64,000 nt of DNA from Polyangiaceae bacterium (lineage in GTDB: Bacteria; Myxococcota_A; Polyangia; Polyangiales; Polyangiaceae): positions 960,001 to 1,024,000 of the forward strand of contig CBDCTZ010000014.1 in assembly GCA_965222375.1 (NCBI GenBank). Direction: 5' to 3'. This document shows, in pieces, positions 18,520 to 28,245 of this stretch. Within the stretch, counting starts at the first letter, position 1; the number at the start of each line of letters is the position of its first letter. A program made the position numbers and the translations under genes. Under the pieces are notes generated by a model that had not been told where the DNA came from, searched no databases, and worked only from the letters and a program-made list of their open reading frames with translations.

Positions 18520-20180
18520 TCAGCCGCCGCAGACCGCTGCGTAGTTCGAGCAGCAGTCGCCTGCCGTCTTGCAGTAGTCGTCGCAGTAGCACTTCGGGTT
18601 GCTGTTCGGTGCTGCACTGCTCTTGCCGCAGTGGTCTACTGTGCAGACGTTGCTCGAGCTGCCGGCGTCGGCCGCCGCGTCGGGAGTGCCCGCGTCTTGG
18701 CCACCGCTGCCAGTGCAGGCCGGTGCGTAGTCGCTGCAACAATCGCCGTACTTCGTGCACTGGTCATCGCACCAGCAGCTCTTGTCGTCAGACTGTGCTC
18801 CGCACTTGTTCACGCAGCTGTTCGGGCCGCCGCTCGTCCCACCTGCATCCGAAGAACCGCCTTCGGCACCGGCGTCCAGCGGGGGGGGCGTGGGTGGTGC
18901 GCAACTGCTGGGGTTGTTCGCGCCGTTGAGCAACTTGGAGACCTTGGAATAGGCAATGTCCGAAACCATGAAGTAACGAAGCTTGATGCGCTGGAACTTC
19001 GTTGCCTTGTCGTTGAAGACGTAGTTGTCCGCGCCAATCAGCTTCGCGGCGTCCTCTTGGGACAAAGCTTCGCTTTCCAAGATGTCGTATTTGACGAGTG
19101 GGAAGTTCCACACTTCCCAGTCCCAGTTGTGGTCGATCACAAAGGGGATCTTGCCAAACTGCTTGGTCTTCAAATGGTCCGCGCTGCGGTTCAAGAGCCC
19201 GACGACACCGATGTGGAAGGAGCCAGGGTTCAGGTCGCGGCATTCGACTTCCTTGGGGCGGCCCCACTCGTCGCGCTCGCTCTTGTCCGGGTCCTTGTTG
19301 CAGCGGCGCCCACTGAAGGTGGCCTTGTCGCTGAAGTACAGCTCGGTCATCAAGGCCTCGATGTCGCCCATGCGGAACTTGACGCAGCCACTCGTGTCGC
19401 CCAGGGCCTCGCAATCGATGATCTTGCCCTCAGCGTCGACCTTCACCGTGATGTCACGGGTGGGGAAGCCGCCTTCTTCCGTCGTGGCGTAGGACGCCCA
19501 GCCGTTGCAGTGACCCCACCAGGAGTCGGGGCGAGCGTGGTCTTGGTAGGTGCCGTGGTTCTCGAGCTCCCATTTGGTGGCGGGGCCAGCCACCGTCACG
19601 GCTTCGTGCTCGTGCTTGTCGCCGCGCTCGGACTCCTCCTTGAGCAGCTCTTTATAGTTCCAGTGTTTGATGGCGCCGACTCGCTTGAGCTGACCCGGGT
19701 TGAAGACAACGTCGTACTTCTCGATCGGTGACTGGTTGTCCACGTCACTGATGTCATTGAAGTCCTTGCTGCCCATGGTCCAGCGTTTGGCGATGCCGTC
19801 GTTGGCCTGAGACCACCAGTTGGATGCAAAGACTTTCCAGTCTGCTTCGCCGCTTATCAGGGCGCTGTCGAACTGCTTGTCGTCGCCTTTGCCCAGCTCC
19901 GGGTGTAGCCGAGCGGGGTCGTTGGCGTTGTCGTATTGCTCGAACTTGCCACCGCGGTCTTCACGACCTTGATGACTTCGTGGGCGCCACCGGTGATGAA
20001 ACGTCCGTTAGCCTTGTCGACCCCGAAGACGTAGCGATACACGCCGTCCTCTTGCAGCGTGAAGTTGTCGCCCGGGCCGCTCGGCCCGGGTTTTCCACTG
20101 TCGTCGGAAGAGCTGCATGCCGCCGCGAGGGCGATTAGGGTGATGGGTGTGACGAAGGAAGCAAGACGTCGGGTCCTCAT
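18520..20180 (-). pseudogene. Transglutaminase-elicitor-like lipoprotein with two somatomedin-B-like domains, split by a 1-nt frameshift (true lesion or sequencing error)
   Basis: ORF 19857-20180 carries the lipobox (AAAC). The frame of ORF 18520-19776 is open upstream to 20007 and reads GREDRGGKFEQYDNANDPARL...SNWWSQANDGIAKRW. Core motifs WWGHCNGWA, DLNPGSFH and VWNFP; C-terminal CWCDDQC...DCC and CYCDDYC...DCC. Confidence 0.75.
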
Positions 20181-20226
20181 GGGGTTGCGCTTTACGCGAA
20201 TATCAGCCCAATAAGGGACACATTCG

Positions 20227-20256
20227 CCTACAATGTAGGTAGTTTCACTACCTACA
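20227..20256. promoter_or_regulatory. Palindromic operator-like site in a divergent promoter region
   Basis: Perfect TGTAGGTAGT-TTC-ACTACCTACA (20234-20256) with overlapping CCTACA-A-TGTAGG (20227-20239) in an AT-richer intergenic gap. Confidence 0.55.
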
Positions 20257-20342
20257 AGGCTGAGCCTAGCGCAAGTGTCTGAAATTAAGGAACAAACGGT
20301 CTGGGCTCACAACCGCCAAGACGCCACTGATCTCGAGTTCTC

Positions 20343-20948
20343 ATGATCAACCCCAGCACCAGGTCCCGTTTCGACCGCCGCGCCGCTGACTACCGCCGGC
20401 GCATGGGATGGGGCCCCTTGGGGCAGCTGCGGCGGCGGGAGCGGGCGCTGATTCGATCGCTGCTGGATGTGGAGCGCGGCGAGACGGTTCTCGACGCTGG
20501 CTGCGGCGCTGGTTTCGATGCGGCGTGGCTTCAGGAAGCTGGTGCCGTCGTGTTGGGAGTTGACGCATCGCCAGAAATGGTCCGTGCCGCGCAAGCAGCA
20601 GGTATCGACGCGCGCGTGGGCGACATTTGCAACCTCGCGTTCGAGCGAAGCTTTGACAAGGCCATTTGCCTTGGAGCATTGGAATTCTGCGCCCGGCCCG
20701 ATCGCGCTTTGCAGAGCATCTCCCGACATCTTCTTCCCGGCGCCCCGCTCGTCGTGCTCTACCCCTGTCGTAGCCTGTGGGGCCGAAGTTACGCCGCCTA
20801 TCATCGTGCTCAGGGCGTGCCTGTTCGTCTATGCGCTGATGGGAGCATGGAGCGACTGGTGCGCAGCGCGGGGTTCGTTGTCGATGTCGACGTGCGTACT
20901 ACTCCAATTTCCCGGGTGCTCGCGGCTCACCTTTGCGAGGGAACGTGA
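20343..20948 (+). CDS. Class I SAM-dependent methyltransferase
   Basis: VLDAGCGAG, GVDASPEM and SFDKAIC motifs. Confidence 0.88.
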   Translation: MINPSTRSRFDRRAADYRRRMGWGPLGQLRRRERALIRSLLDVERGETVLDAGCGAGFDAAWLQEAGAVVLGVDASPEMVRAAQAAGIDARVGDICNLAFERSFDKAICLGALEFCARPDRALQSISRHLLPGAPLVVLYPCRSLWGRSYAAYHRAQGVPVRLCADGSMERLVRSAGFVVDVDVRTTPISRVLAAHLCEGT

Positions 20949-21766
20949 CCGGCGTCGTCGTGTTCAATGCCGACGATCTCGGCATGAGCCCCGAGATTGA
21001 CCGCGGCGTTGTCAGAGCAGCTCGTGCGGGGCTCGTGAAGGAAGTGAGCGTCTGCGTCAACGCATCTCCAACGCGAGATTCGATCGACGAGTTGCTCTCT
21101 CTGGGAACAGGTATCGGGCTACACTTTTGTGTGACCGAGGGGCGAGCACTATTTGGCGCTCAGCCTGGAATCACGGATGAGGCCGGCAACTTTCTCGGAT
21201 TGCCGCGGCTTTTGCTTGGCGCGCTTTCTGGGGGGCTCTCCCCGCGCAGCATAGAACGAGAATTGACGGCTCAATTGGACGCCCTGCAGGACCTCGGGGT
21301 TACGCCGACCCACATCAACGGCCATCACCATGCCCATGCGTTTCCTGGCATCCGCGCAGTCGTGCTGCGGGAGACCAAGCGGAGAGCTTGTCCGCATGTA
21401 CGGGTGCCTCTGGAAGCTGCTCCTCCTTGGCGGGGTGGGCCGCGCGGGATCCTACTCCGACGCCTAGGTCGGGAGATGGCGCGACGCGCTCGAAGGGCGG
21501 GCTTGCCGGTTCGGCCTGTCGTGGGCTTGGAGCTGACAGGTAGTCCCAAGTACGTGCCGCAGGCCCTCGCCCTTGCTGCGGGTCTGTGCGGGGACGTTGT
21601 GGAGTGGGTCGTGCACCCCCGGGAAGGCCTTACCGTGCGGACCGCCGCTACCGTTGGAGCGCGACATGCAGGCCCCGAGGAACTGCGCGCTCTCGAGAGC
21701 GCTGAATTGCGCGCCGCCCTCGAGCGCCGCGGCTACCGGCCATGCGGCTACTTGGATATCTTGTAG
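20945..21766 (+). CDS. YdjC/ChbG/HpnK-family carbohydrate deacetylase
   Basis: NADDLG, GLHF, HINGHHH and VHP motifs; GTGA overlap with the upstream gene. Confidence 0.88.
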   Translation: MTGVVVFNADDLGMSPEIDRGVVRAARAGLVKEVSVCVNASPTRDSIDELLSLGTGIGLHFCVTEGRALFGAQPGITDEAGNFLGLPRLLLGALSGGLSPRSIERELTAQLDALQDLGVTPTHINGHHHAHAFPGIRAVVLRETKRRACPHVRVPLEAAPPWRGGPRGILLRRLGREMARRARRAGLPVRPVVGLELTGSPKYVPQALALAAGLCGDVVEWVVHPREGLTVRTAATVGARHAGPEELRALESAELRAALERRGYRPCGYLDIL

Positions 21767-22584
21767 GCCGGACTCGGGCCTGGCACCCTGTTATCGGGGT
21801 CGCCGGTTGAGCCCTTTACTGCGGCGACGCCTGGTGGGTTGTCGTAGTCGCCGCGACGACCGCGGGTGCGAAGGGCCAACAGGTCTTTCAGCATGTGTGC
21901 GCCATCCCTAGTCAACTGCAGAGTACTCGGCTCCTTGCAGTAGATGAATGAGACGGGAACTTCTTCGATCCGAAGGCCGGTGCGCTGCGCGACATACAGC
22001 AGCTCCACATCAAAAGAAAACCGGTTCATCTTCAGATGTGGCAACAATTGAACGACTGCCTGTCGTCGGAACCCCTTGAGTCCGGCCTGGGTATCAGAAA
22101 TACCTTGCACGAGCACGCGCTGGACTAGCGAGTTGAAAACCCGGCCCATGTGGTGGCGCGTGTAAACGTGACGGAAGAACGCCGGAGCCATCACATACCG
22201 GCTATCTGGGTGCACGCGGCTGGCGATTGCGAGATCCGCACCGCGGCGCAGAGCGTTCTCCACGTTGGCGAAGTTGTTACAGGGGTAGGTGAGGTCGGCG
22301 TCGACGAAGATCCGCCATTCCCCACGCGCCGCGAGCAGACCACGTCGCACCGAGTAACCCTTCCCGCGGTTGATCTCGTTGGTGAGAGTACGAAAAGGGA
22401 CTTTCGTATTGCTTCGCTGGAAAGCCTCCCGCGCGACGCTGGCCGTGCCGTCTGTGCTGCCATCGTCCACGAGCACCAACTCGCCGCCTCCCCGTGCTTC
22501 CAGATAAGCGAGCAGGGAGCGAACGTTGTCGCCGATGAAACGCGCGCCGTTCAAAACGGGCACGACGACAGACAGTGTAGGCAT
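21748..22584 (-). CDS. GT2 polyprenol-phosphate glycosyltransferase (Dol-P-Glc/Man synthase-like)
   Basis: VDDGSTDGT, NRGKG, FVDAD, SR, DTQAGLKGF and FDVELL motifs. Confidence 0.88.
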   Translation of the reverse strand: MPTLSVVVPVLNGARFIGDNVRSLLAYLEARGGGELVLVDDGSTDGTASVAREAFQRSNTKVPFRTLTNEINRGKGYSVRRGLLAARGEWRIFVDADLTYPCNNFANVENALRRGADLAIASRVHPDSRYVMAPAFFRHVYTRHHMGRVFNSLVQRVLVQGISDTQAGLKGFRRQAVVQLLPHLKMNRFSFDVELLYVAQRTGLRIEEVPVSFIYCKEPSTLQLTRDGAHMLKDLLALRTRGRRGDYDNPPGVAAVKGSTGDPDNRVPGPSPAYKISK

Positions 22585-22629
22585 CTCTTCGAGCGTGCCG
22601 ATACCACCGCGTCATGTCAACGCGCCGTC

Positions 22630-23703
22630 TCAGTACTCAGTCACGTCGATACTGAGCTCCACATGTCGGGTGGGGCGGTTCTGAGCCTTTGGCATCAGCT
22701 GGTCCAACTTTTGATCCAGAGTTTCCTGATCGAAGCGCAGTGATTTGCCGGCCCAAGGCGTGAGGCAGAACGAGAGCTCGACCCCGAGGTCATCCGCCAG
22801 AGCGTAGGCTTCTAGCATCTCGGTGTCGCCGTCGTTCCATTCGAAGAGGATGTACTTCCACTCGATCTTGATGGACTCCTTGCCGAGCCGCCTACGGGTT
22901 TCCACTGCGTCACGCATGAACTGGGCGACGCGCGTGAAGCTTCCGTCACGACGGTACTTTGCGTAGGACTCGTTCCGGGCTCCATCCGCCGAGATCCTCA
23001 GGTGGGAGAGTCCACCCTCGAACAGCGCGGGATCGAAGCGGAAGTTGCCGTTCGTCGTCGCCATGATGGTCGTTTTTGGAAACACGACATTGAATACGCG
23101 ACAGAGGTGCGCGAGGTGCGGATGCATTAGCGGGTCTCCGCGCCCCTCGAAGTGCAACACATCTACGTGTTCGACGCCGTGCATGCGCAAGTTGTGGATC
23201 AACGCAACCCAAGTATCTCGTTCCACGTGGTAGGGAGGCGTCTTGATTCGCTTGCGCTCCGCCTTGGGGATGCACAACGGGCAGTCCAAGTTGCAGAGCC
23301 AAGAAGACTCGACGTGCAGAACGCCGACTTTGCTGCGTGTGGGTGATGGATTGGGTTTCGCGTCGTACTCGACCATCGCGCAGCGAAAACACAGGTCCTC
23401 GTAAGGGAACTTGCGTTCAACGTGGAACGCCTGTCGAATCGCTTGGATCTTTTCGTGGTTTATCAGATCGTAGGCCGGGTCCATCAGCTTGTCCGCACTG
23501 ATGACGTCCAAGATGAGGTCTTCACCCACGTCACACCAACACGGAAGCTCGCCGTTGGCTTTGACGTACAGCCCGTCGCACATGATGCAGGATGTGCCCG
23601 TCGGCAGCGGCGACTGCGAGGCATGATCACCTTCGCCACCGTCGAGGTTGGGCGGTCGATATGCTTCGCTGATGACTGGGAGGCGGGTCGGCTCGTCGCT
23701 CAC
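22630..23703 (-). CDS. Radical SAM protein with an N-terminal SPASM/twitch-like segment
   Basis: CNLDCPLC, GDPLMHP, TTNGN and ISADG; N-terminal C..C....ANGELPCWCD...LCFRC. Confidence 0.8.
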   Translation of the reverse strand: MSDEPTRLPVISEAYRPPNLDGGEGDHASQSPLPTGTSCIMCDGLYVKANGELPCWCDVGEDLILDVISADKLMDPAYDLINHEKIQAIRQAFHVERKFPYEDLCFRCAMVEYDAKPNPSPTRSKVGVLHVESSWLCNLDCPLCIPKAERKRIKTPPYHVERDTWVALIHNLRMHGVEHVDVLHFEGRGDPLMHPHLAHLCRVFNVVFPKTTIMATTNGNFRFDPALFEGGLSHLRISADGARNESYAKYRRDGSFTRVAQFMRDAVETRRRLGKESIKIEWKYILFEWNDGDTEMLEAYALADDLGVELSFCLTPWAGKSLRFDQETLDQKLDQLMPKAQNRPTRHVELSIDVTEY

Positions 23704-23745
23704 TGCGCTTCAAGCATGGGGGGGATGGCGACACAGCTCAAGGGG

Positions 23746-25686
23746 CTACTGCGCACCCTCGCCACTTGGCAGATACTCCCGCGGCACCTGGGAGGAATAC
23801 GCCCACTTGGGCGCGCGCGCATAGCCCCAACCCACCAAAACGGCCAGTGCGAAGCAGCCCGCCATCAGCGTCAGACGTTGGCTGAGGCGCTTGAATCGCG
23901 CGCCGAATAGGCCAACAAGAAGTGCAAGCAGACAGCCCACGAGCGAGACCACGATCGCCCAAGGAAAGAGAACCGGACGATACTCGACTTCGACGCGGTG
24001 TCGCCCAGGGGGCAACTCAACCGCGATCCGACCTCGATCCACCGTCAGCTTCCCTGTGTCAGCGCGCCAGCCCGGGGAAAAAGTCTGGTTGAAAACTGCC
24101 CGCCCGGGTCGTGGCAGCGTGACAACGGCCCAAAGTCTGCGGGTCGAACTTCCCCATGACTCGACCCGGCCACCCGACGTAGCGCGAACCTGCGCCGTTT
24201 GCCCGACCCAGATTCCCGGGGCCGGGCGATATGCCATGCCGGTGTAGCAGTACCCGGTTCCGACGTTGGCAGATGGGAATTGCGGAGGAGCGGGGTGCTG
24301 CGTGGGCGATTCGTAGGCTTTGGGCACCACGCGAATGTAGAAGCGCTCTGAGCGCTTCGAACTGTCCACCGCGGCGGGGGGATCTCTCCACATGCCGTCC
24401 AGCACGGAGCGGTGGTGCTTGACCAACGACGTTCCGATCCAGAGTAGGCACAGCCACGGGCCCGCGTGGCGTACCCAAGCAAAGGGTGTCGTTGGGCTGG
24501 CCCAACGTCCAGTGCGTCGAGTTGCCGGTGCTCTCCATGCGTCGAGGGCGCTGCCGAGCAGAAGCGAAAAGTAGAGCAGGAATATCACCACGAAGCGCGT
24601 CGGCACCCGCAGCGAATTGAATACCGGCAACTGATGCAGCAGCGTCCACGGCGACAACAGGCCTGCATGGCCCAGAGTTAGCGCGAGAAAGACGAGACCG
24701 CCGATGAGTAGTCGCCCATGGATGCCCTTGACGGTAGCGCGGAGCACTCCGACTAGACCCAAAACCAGAGCGGGCCATCCAATGAAGCTGCCGTACTCAC
24801 TCCAAACCCACGGATGCCCACCGAAGCGCGTACCTGGACTATCTACGTCGTCACGGGTCAGCATTTGCACCAGCTCACCCAGGTGCACACTGTCCGTGCC
24901 ACCGACGTTACGTGGGTAGTACGCAAGGTGTTCGACGATGGGCAACAGGCGCAGAGCGCACAAGGTAAGCGTTAACAATACGGTGATGGATCCGGCGACA
25001 AACACGTCCGGGCGAGTTTCTTTGCCCTTAGTGGGGCGGACGAACTGCAGCGTCGCCTCCACTGCCAACAGCAATACGAAGAATGGAAACGCATACGCAC
25101 CCCCCGCGAACACGACTGCGCTGAGTACGGCGGCAAGTAGGGGAGCATAGCGGATGTTCTCGACTGAGAGACGCCACAATAGGAGCACCCATGGTGCCAA
25201 GTAGAACGCGATGAAGTTGCCGTGACCCGTGCCGCAATGCCATGCGAAGAACCCGGAGCCCACCCAGGTCGTGGCTGCAGCTACGGAGCCAAACCAAAGC
25301 AGACCTTGGCGGCGTGCCAAGACGTACATGCCGAAGCATCCCAAGAGAGCGTGTACGCAGAGGAAGACTTTGAGCGCCAGGGTGGTGCCCAGTGGACCCG
25401 ACAAGGCGAACAGCGGGTGGTAGAATTGTGCTTGTGGGTCCGCCCAGAAAGGGATCCCGCCGCATTGAAACGGGTTCCACAAAGGTACTCTGCCCTCGCG
25501 GTACCAGGCGACACTCGCAGCCTCCCACGAGTGGTGAAAGAACTGATAGTCGCCAAAACCAGTGGCGTGTGCGTCCTCGAATAACTCTGCCCAGCTGACG
25601 GCAACCAGTGCGCTGAAGAAGACGAAGAGGTTCAGCTTGGGCAGCCACTTGGGCCAAGCGTTTGAAGCATTCGCCGGGCTCTTCAT
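23746..25686 (-). CDS. YfhO-like GT-C membrane glycosyltransferase
   Basis: GD.., PLWNPFQCGGIPFWADPQ...FYHP, SLRVPTRF; C-terminal PGWRA...LPPGRHRVEVEYRP followed by TM. Confidence 0.78.
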   Translation of the reverse strand: MKSPANASNAWPKWLPKLNLFVFFSALVAVSWAELFEDAHATGFGDYQFFHHSWEAASVAWYREGRVPLWNPFQCGGIPFWADPQAQFYHPLFALSGPLGTTLALKVFLCVHALLGCFGMYVLARRQGLLWFGSVAAATTWVGSGFFAWHCGTGHGNFIAFYLAPWVLLLWRLSVENIRYAPLLAAVLSAVVFAGGAYAFPFFVLLLAVEATLQFVRPTKGKETRPDVFVAGSITVLLTLTLCALRLLPIVEHLAYYPRNVGGTDSVHLGELVQMLTRDDVDSPGTRFGGHPWVWSEYGSFIGWPALVLGLVGVLRATVKGIHGRLLIGGLVFLALTLGHAGLLSPWTLLHQLPVFNSLRVPTRFVVIFLLYFSLLLGSALDAWRAPATRRTGRWASPTTPFAWVRHAGPWLCLLWIGTSLVKHHRSVLDGMWRDPPAAVDSSKRSERFYIRVVPKAYESPTQHPAPPQFPSANVGTGYCYTGMAYRPAPGIWVGQTAQVRATSGGRVESWGSSTRRLWAVVTLPRPGRAVFNQTFSPGWRADTGKLTVDRGRIAVELPPGRHRVEVEYRPVLFPWAIVVSLVGCLLALLVGLFGARFKRLSQRLTLMAGCFALAVLVGWGYARAPKWAYSSQVPREYLPSGEGAQ

Positions 25687-25701
25687 CGTGGCTCGGTGCG
25701 C

Positions 25702-26559
25702 CTAGCGTGCGCGTGCAATCGCGAACAGATCACCAGCGTCGACGTAGAGCATCTTCTTCCCGAAAGGTCCATTGCCGACGTCCACGTGCAGCAGACGGCG
25801 AGACAACTCTCGCAGTGAGAAATAATGCCCCAAGCTGGTTAGGGACACTACTTCATATCCGGCTCGCTCCAGTATCAGGCGCAGCGAAACGGCGTCGAAA
25901 TAGTGAAGGTGCTCGGGAGGGGTCAGGTGAGGCCAACGCTGGCGCATGACGCGAGCTGCAAAGGATCGGAAATTGGGAGTGTGGACTACGACCAATCCGC
26001 CAGGCTCTAGCGCTCGCTGGGCTTTGAGCAGTGCATCTCGAGGCGAAAGAAGGTGCTCGAGGACGTCGAGAAAGGCCACCACGGACAGAGATCCTTCCTG
26101 CAGGGGCACCTCCTCAAAGAGCGCATTCTCCAATTCAAGACCCTCGTCGCGCGCCACCGCCGCCATCGGGCCGCAGGGCTCGATACCCGAGACCACCCAA
26201 CCCGCCTCCCTCGCCTCTTTCAGGAAGAAGCCGGCGGCGGCGCCGACATCAAACCAACGCCCCGGCGGGGCTTTGTGGCGGCTAACTCGAGCAACGACTC
26301 GACGAGCCAAACGCTGATAGCTTTCGGCGTGACCCAAGTAGTCGAGGTAGAAGTCGCCACCTGCGAAGTACTTCGGATCCTCATACAGTCGGCGCAGCGA
26401 GGCCAGGCTTGGCCTGGGCAGTGCGGTACCCAAGCCGCAGCGCTCACATCGGACGATCGAGTGGCCGGATGCCGGGTAGCAGAATTGGAACCGGCGAGCT
26501 CCGCAGGCCGCACAAGCGTAGCGGGTGACTGGATGAAAAGCCGAACTCCTAGCGTTCAT
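25702..26559 (-). CDS. Class I SAM methyltransferase with N-terminal Zn-ribbon (glycan-locus type)
   Basis: CAACG/CERCG, FDVGAAAG, DVLEH and PPEHLHYF; start ATG 26559. Confidence 0.85.
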   Translation of the reverse strand: MNARSSAFHPVTRYACAACGARRFQFCYPASGHSIVRCERCGLGTALPRPSLASLRRLYEDPKYFAGGDFYLDYLGHAESYQRLARRVVARVSRHKAPPGRWFDVGAAAGFFLKEAREAGWVVSGIEPCGPMAAVARDEGLELENALFEEVPLQEGSLSVVAFLDVLEHLLSPRDALLKAQRALEPGGLVVVHTPNFRSFAARVMRQRWPHLTPPEHLHYFDAVSLRLILERAGYEVVSLTSLGHYFSLRELSRRLLHVDVGNGPFGKKMLYVDAGDLFAIARAR

Positions 26560-27577
26560 TGTCGCGCTTGGACGTGTCGATGCGACCCGTTCGGTCGAGA
26601 ACGGCCTGCGCCTCATACAGAAGTTTCATCCACGTAATGTTCAGCATGCGCGGATCGCGCGGATCAAAGTCCGGCTCGGAGAGCTTAACGCATATCTCAT
26701 CCACCGTGGCTTTGACGTCCTTTGCAGCGTGCCAACCGGTTGCGGCCTCTAGTTTCGCACTCGAGATGTTGTAACTACGATGCTTGCGTTCCTCGTCAGT
26801 GACCTCCAACGCGATCTTGCGCTCGTGCCGCTCATCCAGGAGAGACTGAATGACTTTGGCCAGGGTCATGACGTTGTCATTGGAACTACTCACGTTGTAG
26901 ACGCCGCGTTCCAACTGGGGCGCGGTGATGATCCGGACGTAGGCCTCGACCAAGTCCAGTACGTGCACCTGGGGCCGAGCTTCCCGCCCGCCGTAGAGGA
27001 CGCGGATCTTGCCCTCGGACCAGGCGGTCAAGGTCATTCCGTTGGTCAGCAGGTCGAAGCGCATGCGCGGAGACCAGCCCATGACGGTCGCCTGCCTCAG
27101 GCAGTAGACGCGCTCCAAGTTGTCGAGCAACCAGCGCTCTGCCGCTGCCTTGGACTGCGAGTAGTAGCCGATCGGTTGGACCGCGCTTTCCTCGGTCAAC
27201 AGCGTGTCCGGCTGAAAGCCATACACGCTCGCACTGCTGGCAAAAACAAGCGGCACGTCGAATCGCTTGGCGAGCGCACCAACGTGCTCGCTGGCACGGG
27301 TGTTCTCTTCCCAGTTCATGTCCGGTGCAAAATTGGCCATGGGGTCGTTGCTCAGCCCGGACAGATGCAGGACCCAATCTGGTTCCAGCCGCTCGAAATC
27401 GTCCGAGCCAAGAGCCTGAACTCGGCGCGGATGCAACTCCAATCCGGCCGTTTGCGGCGGGTGGTAGAAGCCGAAGAATCCTGGATCCCAACTATGTACC
27501 GTGTGCCCCAGCGCCGCCAGCCGTGCACAAAGGGGCGTCCCGATGTAGCCCGCACCACCTGTGACCAGAATTCGCAT
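26549..27577 (-). CDS. NAD-dependent nucleotide-sugar epimerase/dehydratase (extended SDR)
   Basis: GGAGYIG, ASSASVYG, YSQSK and SPRMRFDL. Confidence 0.9.
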   Translation of the reverse strand: MRILVTGGAGYIGTPLCARLAALGHTVHSWDPGFFGFYHPPQTAGLELHPRRVQALGSDDFERLEPDWVLHLSGLSNDPMANFAPDMNWEENTRASEHVGALAKRFDVPLVFASSASVYGFQPDTLLTEESAVQPIGYYSQSKAAAERWLLDNLERVYCLRQATVMGWSPRMRFDLLTNGMTLTAWSEGKIRVLYGGREARPQVHVLDLVEAYVRIITAPQLERGVYNVSSSNDNVMTLAKVIQSLLDERHERKIALEVTDEERKHRSYNISSAKLEAATGWHAAKDVKATVDEICVKLSEPDFDPRDPRMLNITWMKLLYEAQAVLDRTGRIDTSKRDNER

Positions 27578-27642
27578 CCAGTGTCACCGGGCGGGGATAC
27601 GGCGTCTTGCGCCCCACGGCGTATTCATGCGTGAAAAATCGG

Positions 27643-28245
27643 TCAGTCGCAGATGCCGTTGGAACTGCAGACGGCAGTGCCGGGGCAAACCTGTTCCGTG
27701 CCAGAGCAACATCCTTCGTTCTGCTCGCCGTCGCAGTTTTCGTCCTTGCCGCTGCCGCAGATCTCTTGAGCGGGTGCGCGGCCGCCTACGCAGCTGGCGC
27801 CCCACTTGCTGTTTTCGCAGGTCTGCAAACCGGCGCAGTCGCCGTCGCCACCGCAGGCTCGCGAAGTCCCGTCCGGAACTGGAACCCCGTTGTCAAGGCA
27901 CGGGCAATCCTCGTCCGATAGGCCGTCACAGTCGTCGTCTTTTCCGTTGTCGCAGACTTCGCCGCTTGCCGGAACGGTGGGATCGTTGTCGTCACAATCG
28001 AAGGTCGCGCAACCTGGGCCAACGCCAGCACCGTCTCCGTCGGCATCCGGGCACTCCTGGGAAACGCAGAAGTTGTTTACACAAGCCTTGGTCCCCGCGG
28101 GGCAATCCGAGACAGTTTTGCAGTCCGTGGGCGCGGGTTGCTTCTTGGGCGGTCCGCCACCGCTGTCGTCGCTCGCGGAGCACGCGGCGATGACTAGCGC
28201 GGCCACGGTGATCCATAGGGTACGATGGCGCTGAGCGGTATTCAT
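27643..28245 (-). CDS. Cys/Asp-rich lipoprotein with putative metal-binding repeats
   Basis: Lipobox IAAC; DADGDG..DCDD and EVCDNGKDDDCDG / EICGSGKDENCDG repeats. Confidence 0.78.
   Translation of the reverse strand: MNTAQRHRTLWITVAALVIAACSASDDSGGGPPKKQPAPTDCKTVSDCPAGTKACVNNFCVSQECPDADGDGAGVGPGCATFDCDDNDPTVPASGEVCDNGKDDDCDGLSDEDCPCLDNGVPVPDGTSRACGGDGDCAGLQTCENSKWGASCVGGRAPAQEICGSGKDENCDGEQNEGCCSGTEQVCPGTAVCSSNGICD

Noticed and set aside
18881..18888. G8 tract as a phase-variation switch
   Set aside because: It encodes a Pro-rich linker in frame and is short for a high-GC genome; no evidence of variation
19857..20007. Programmed -1 ribosomal frameshift
   Set aside because: No X XXY YYZ slippery heptamer in the overlap; a simple indel explains it
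20945..21766. Hopanoid biosynthesis cluster (HpnK-like gene)
   Set aside because: No squalene-hopene cyclase or other hpn genes in the window; a general YdjC deacetylase call is safer
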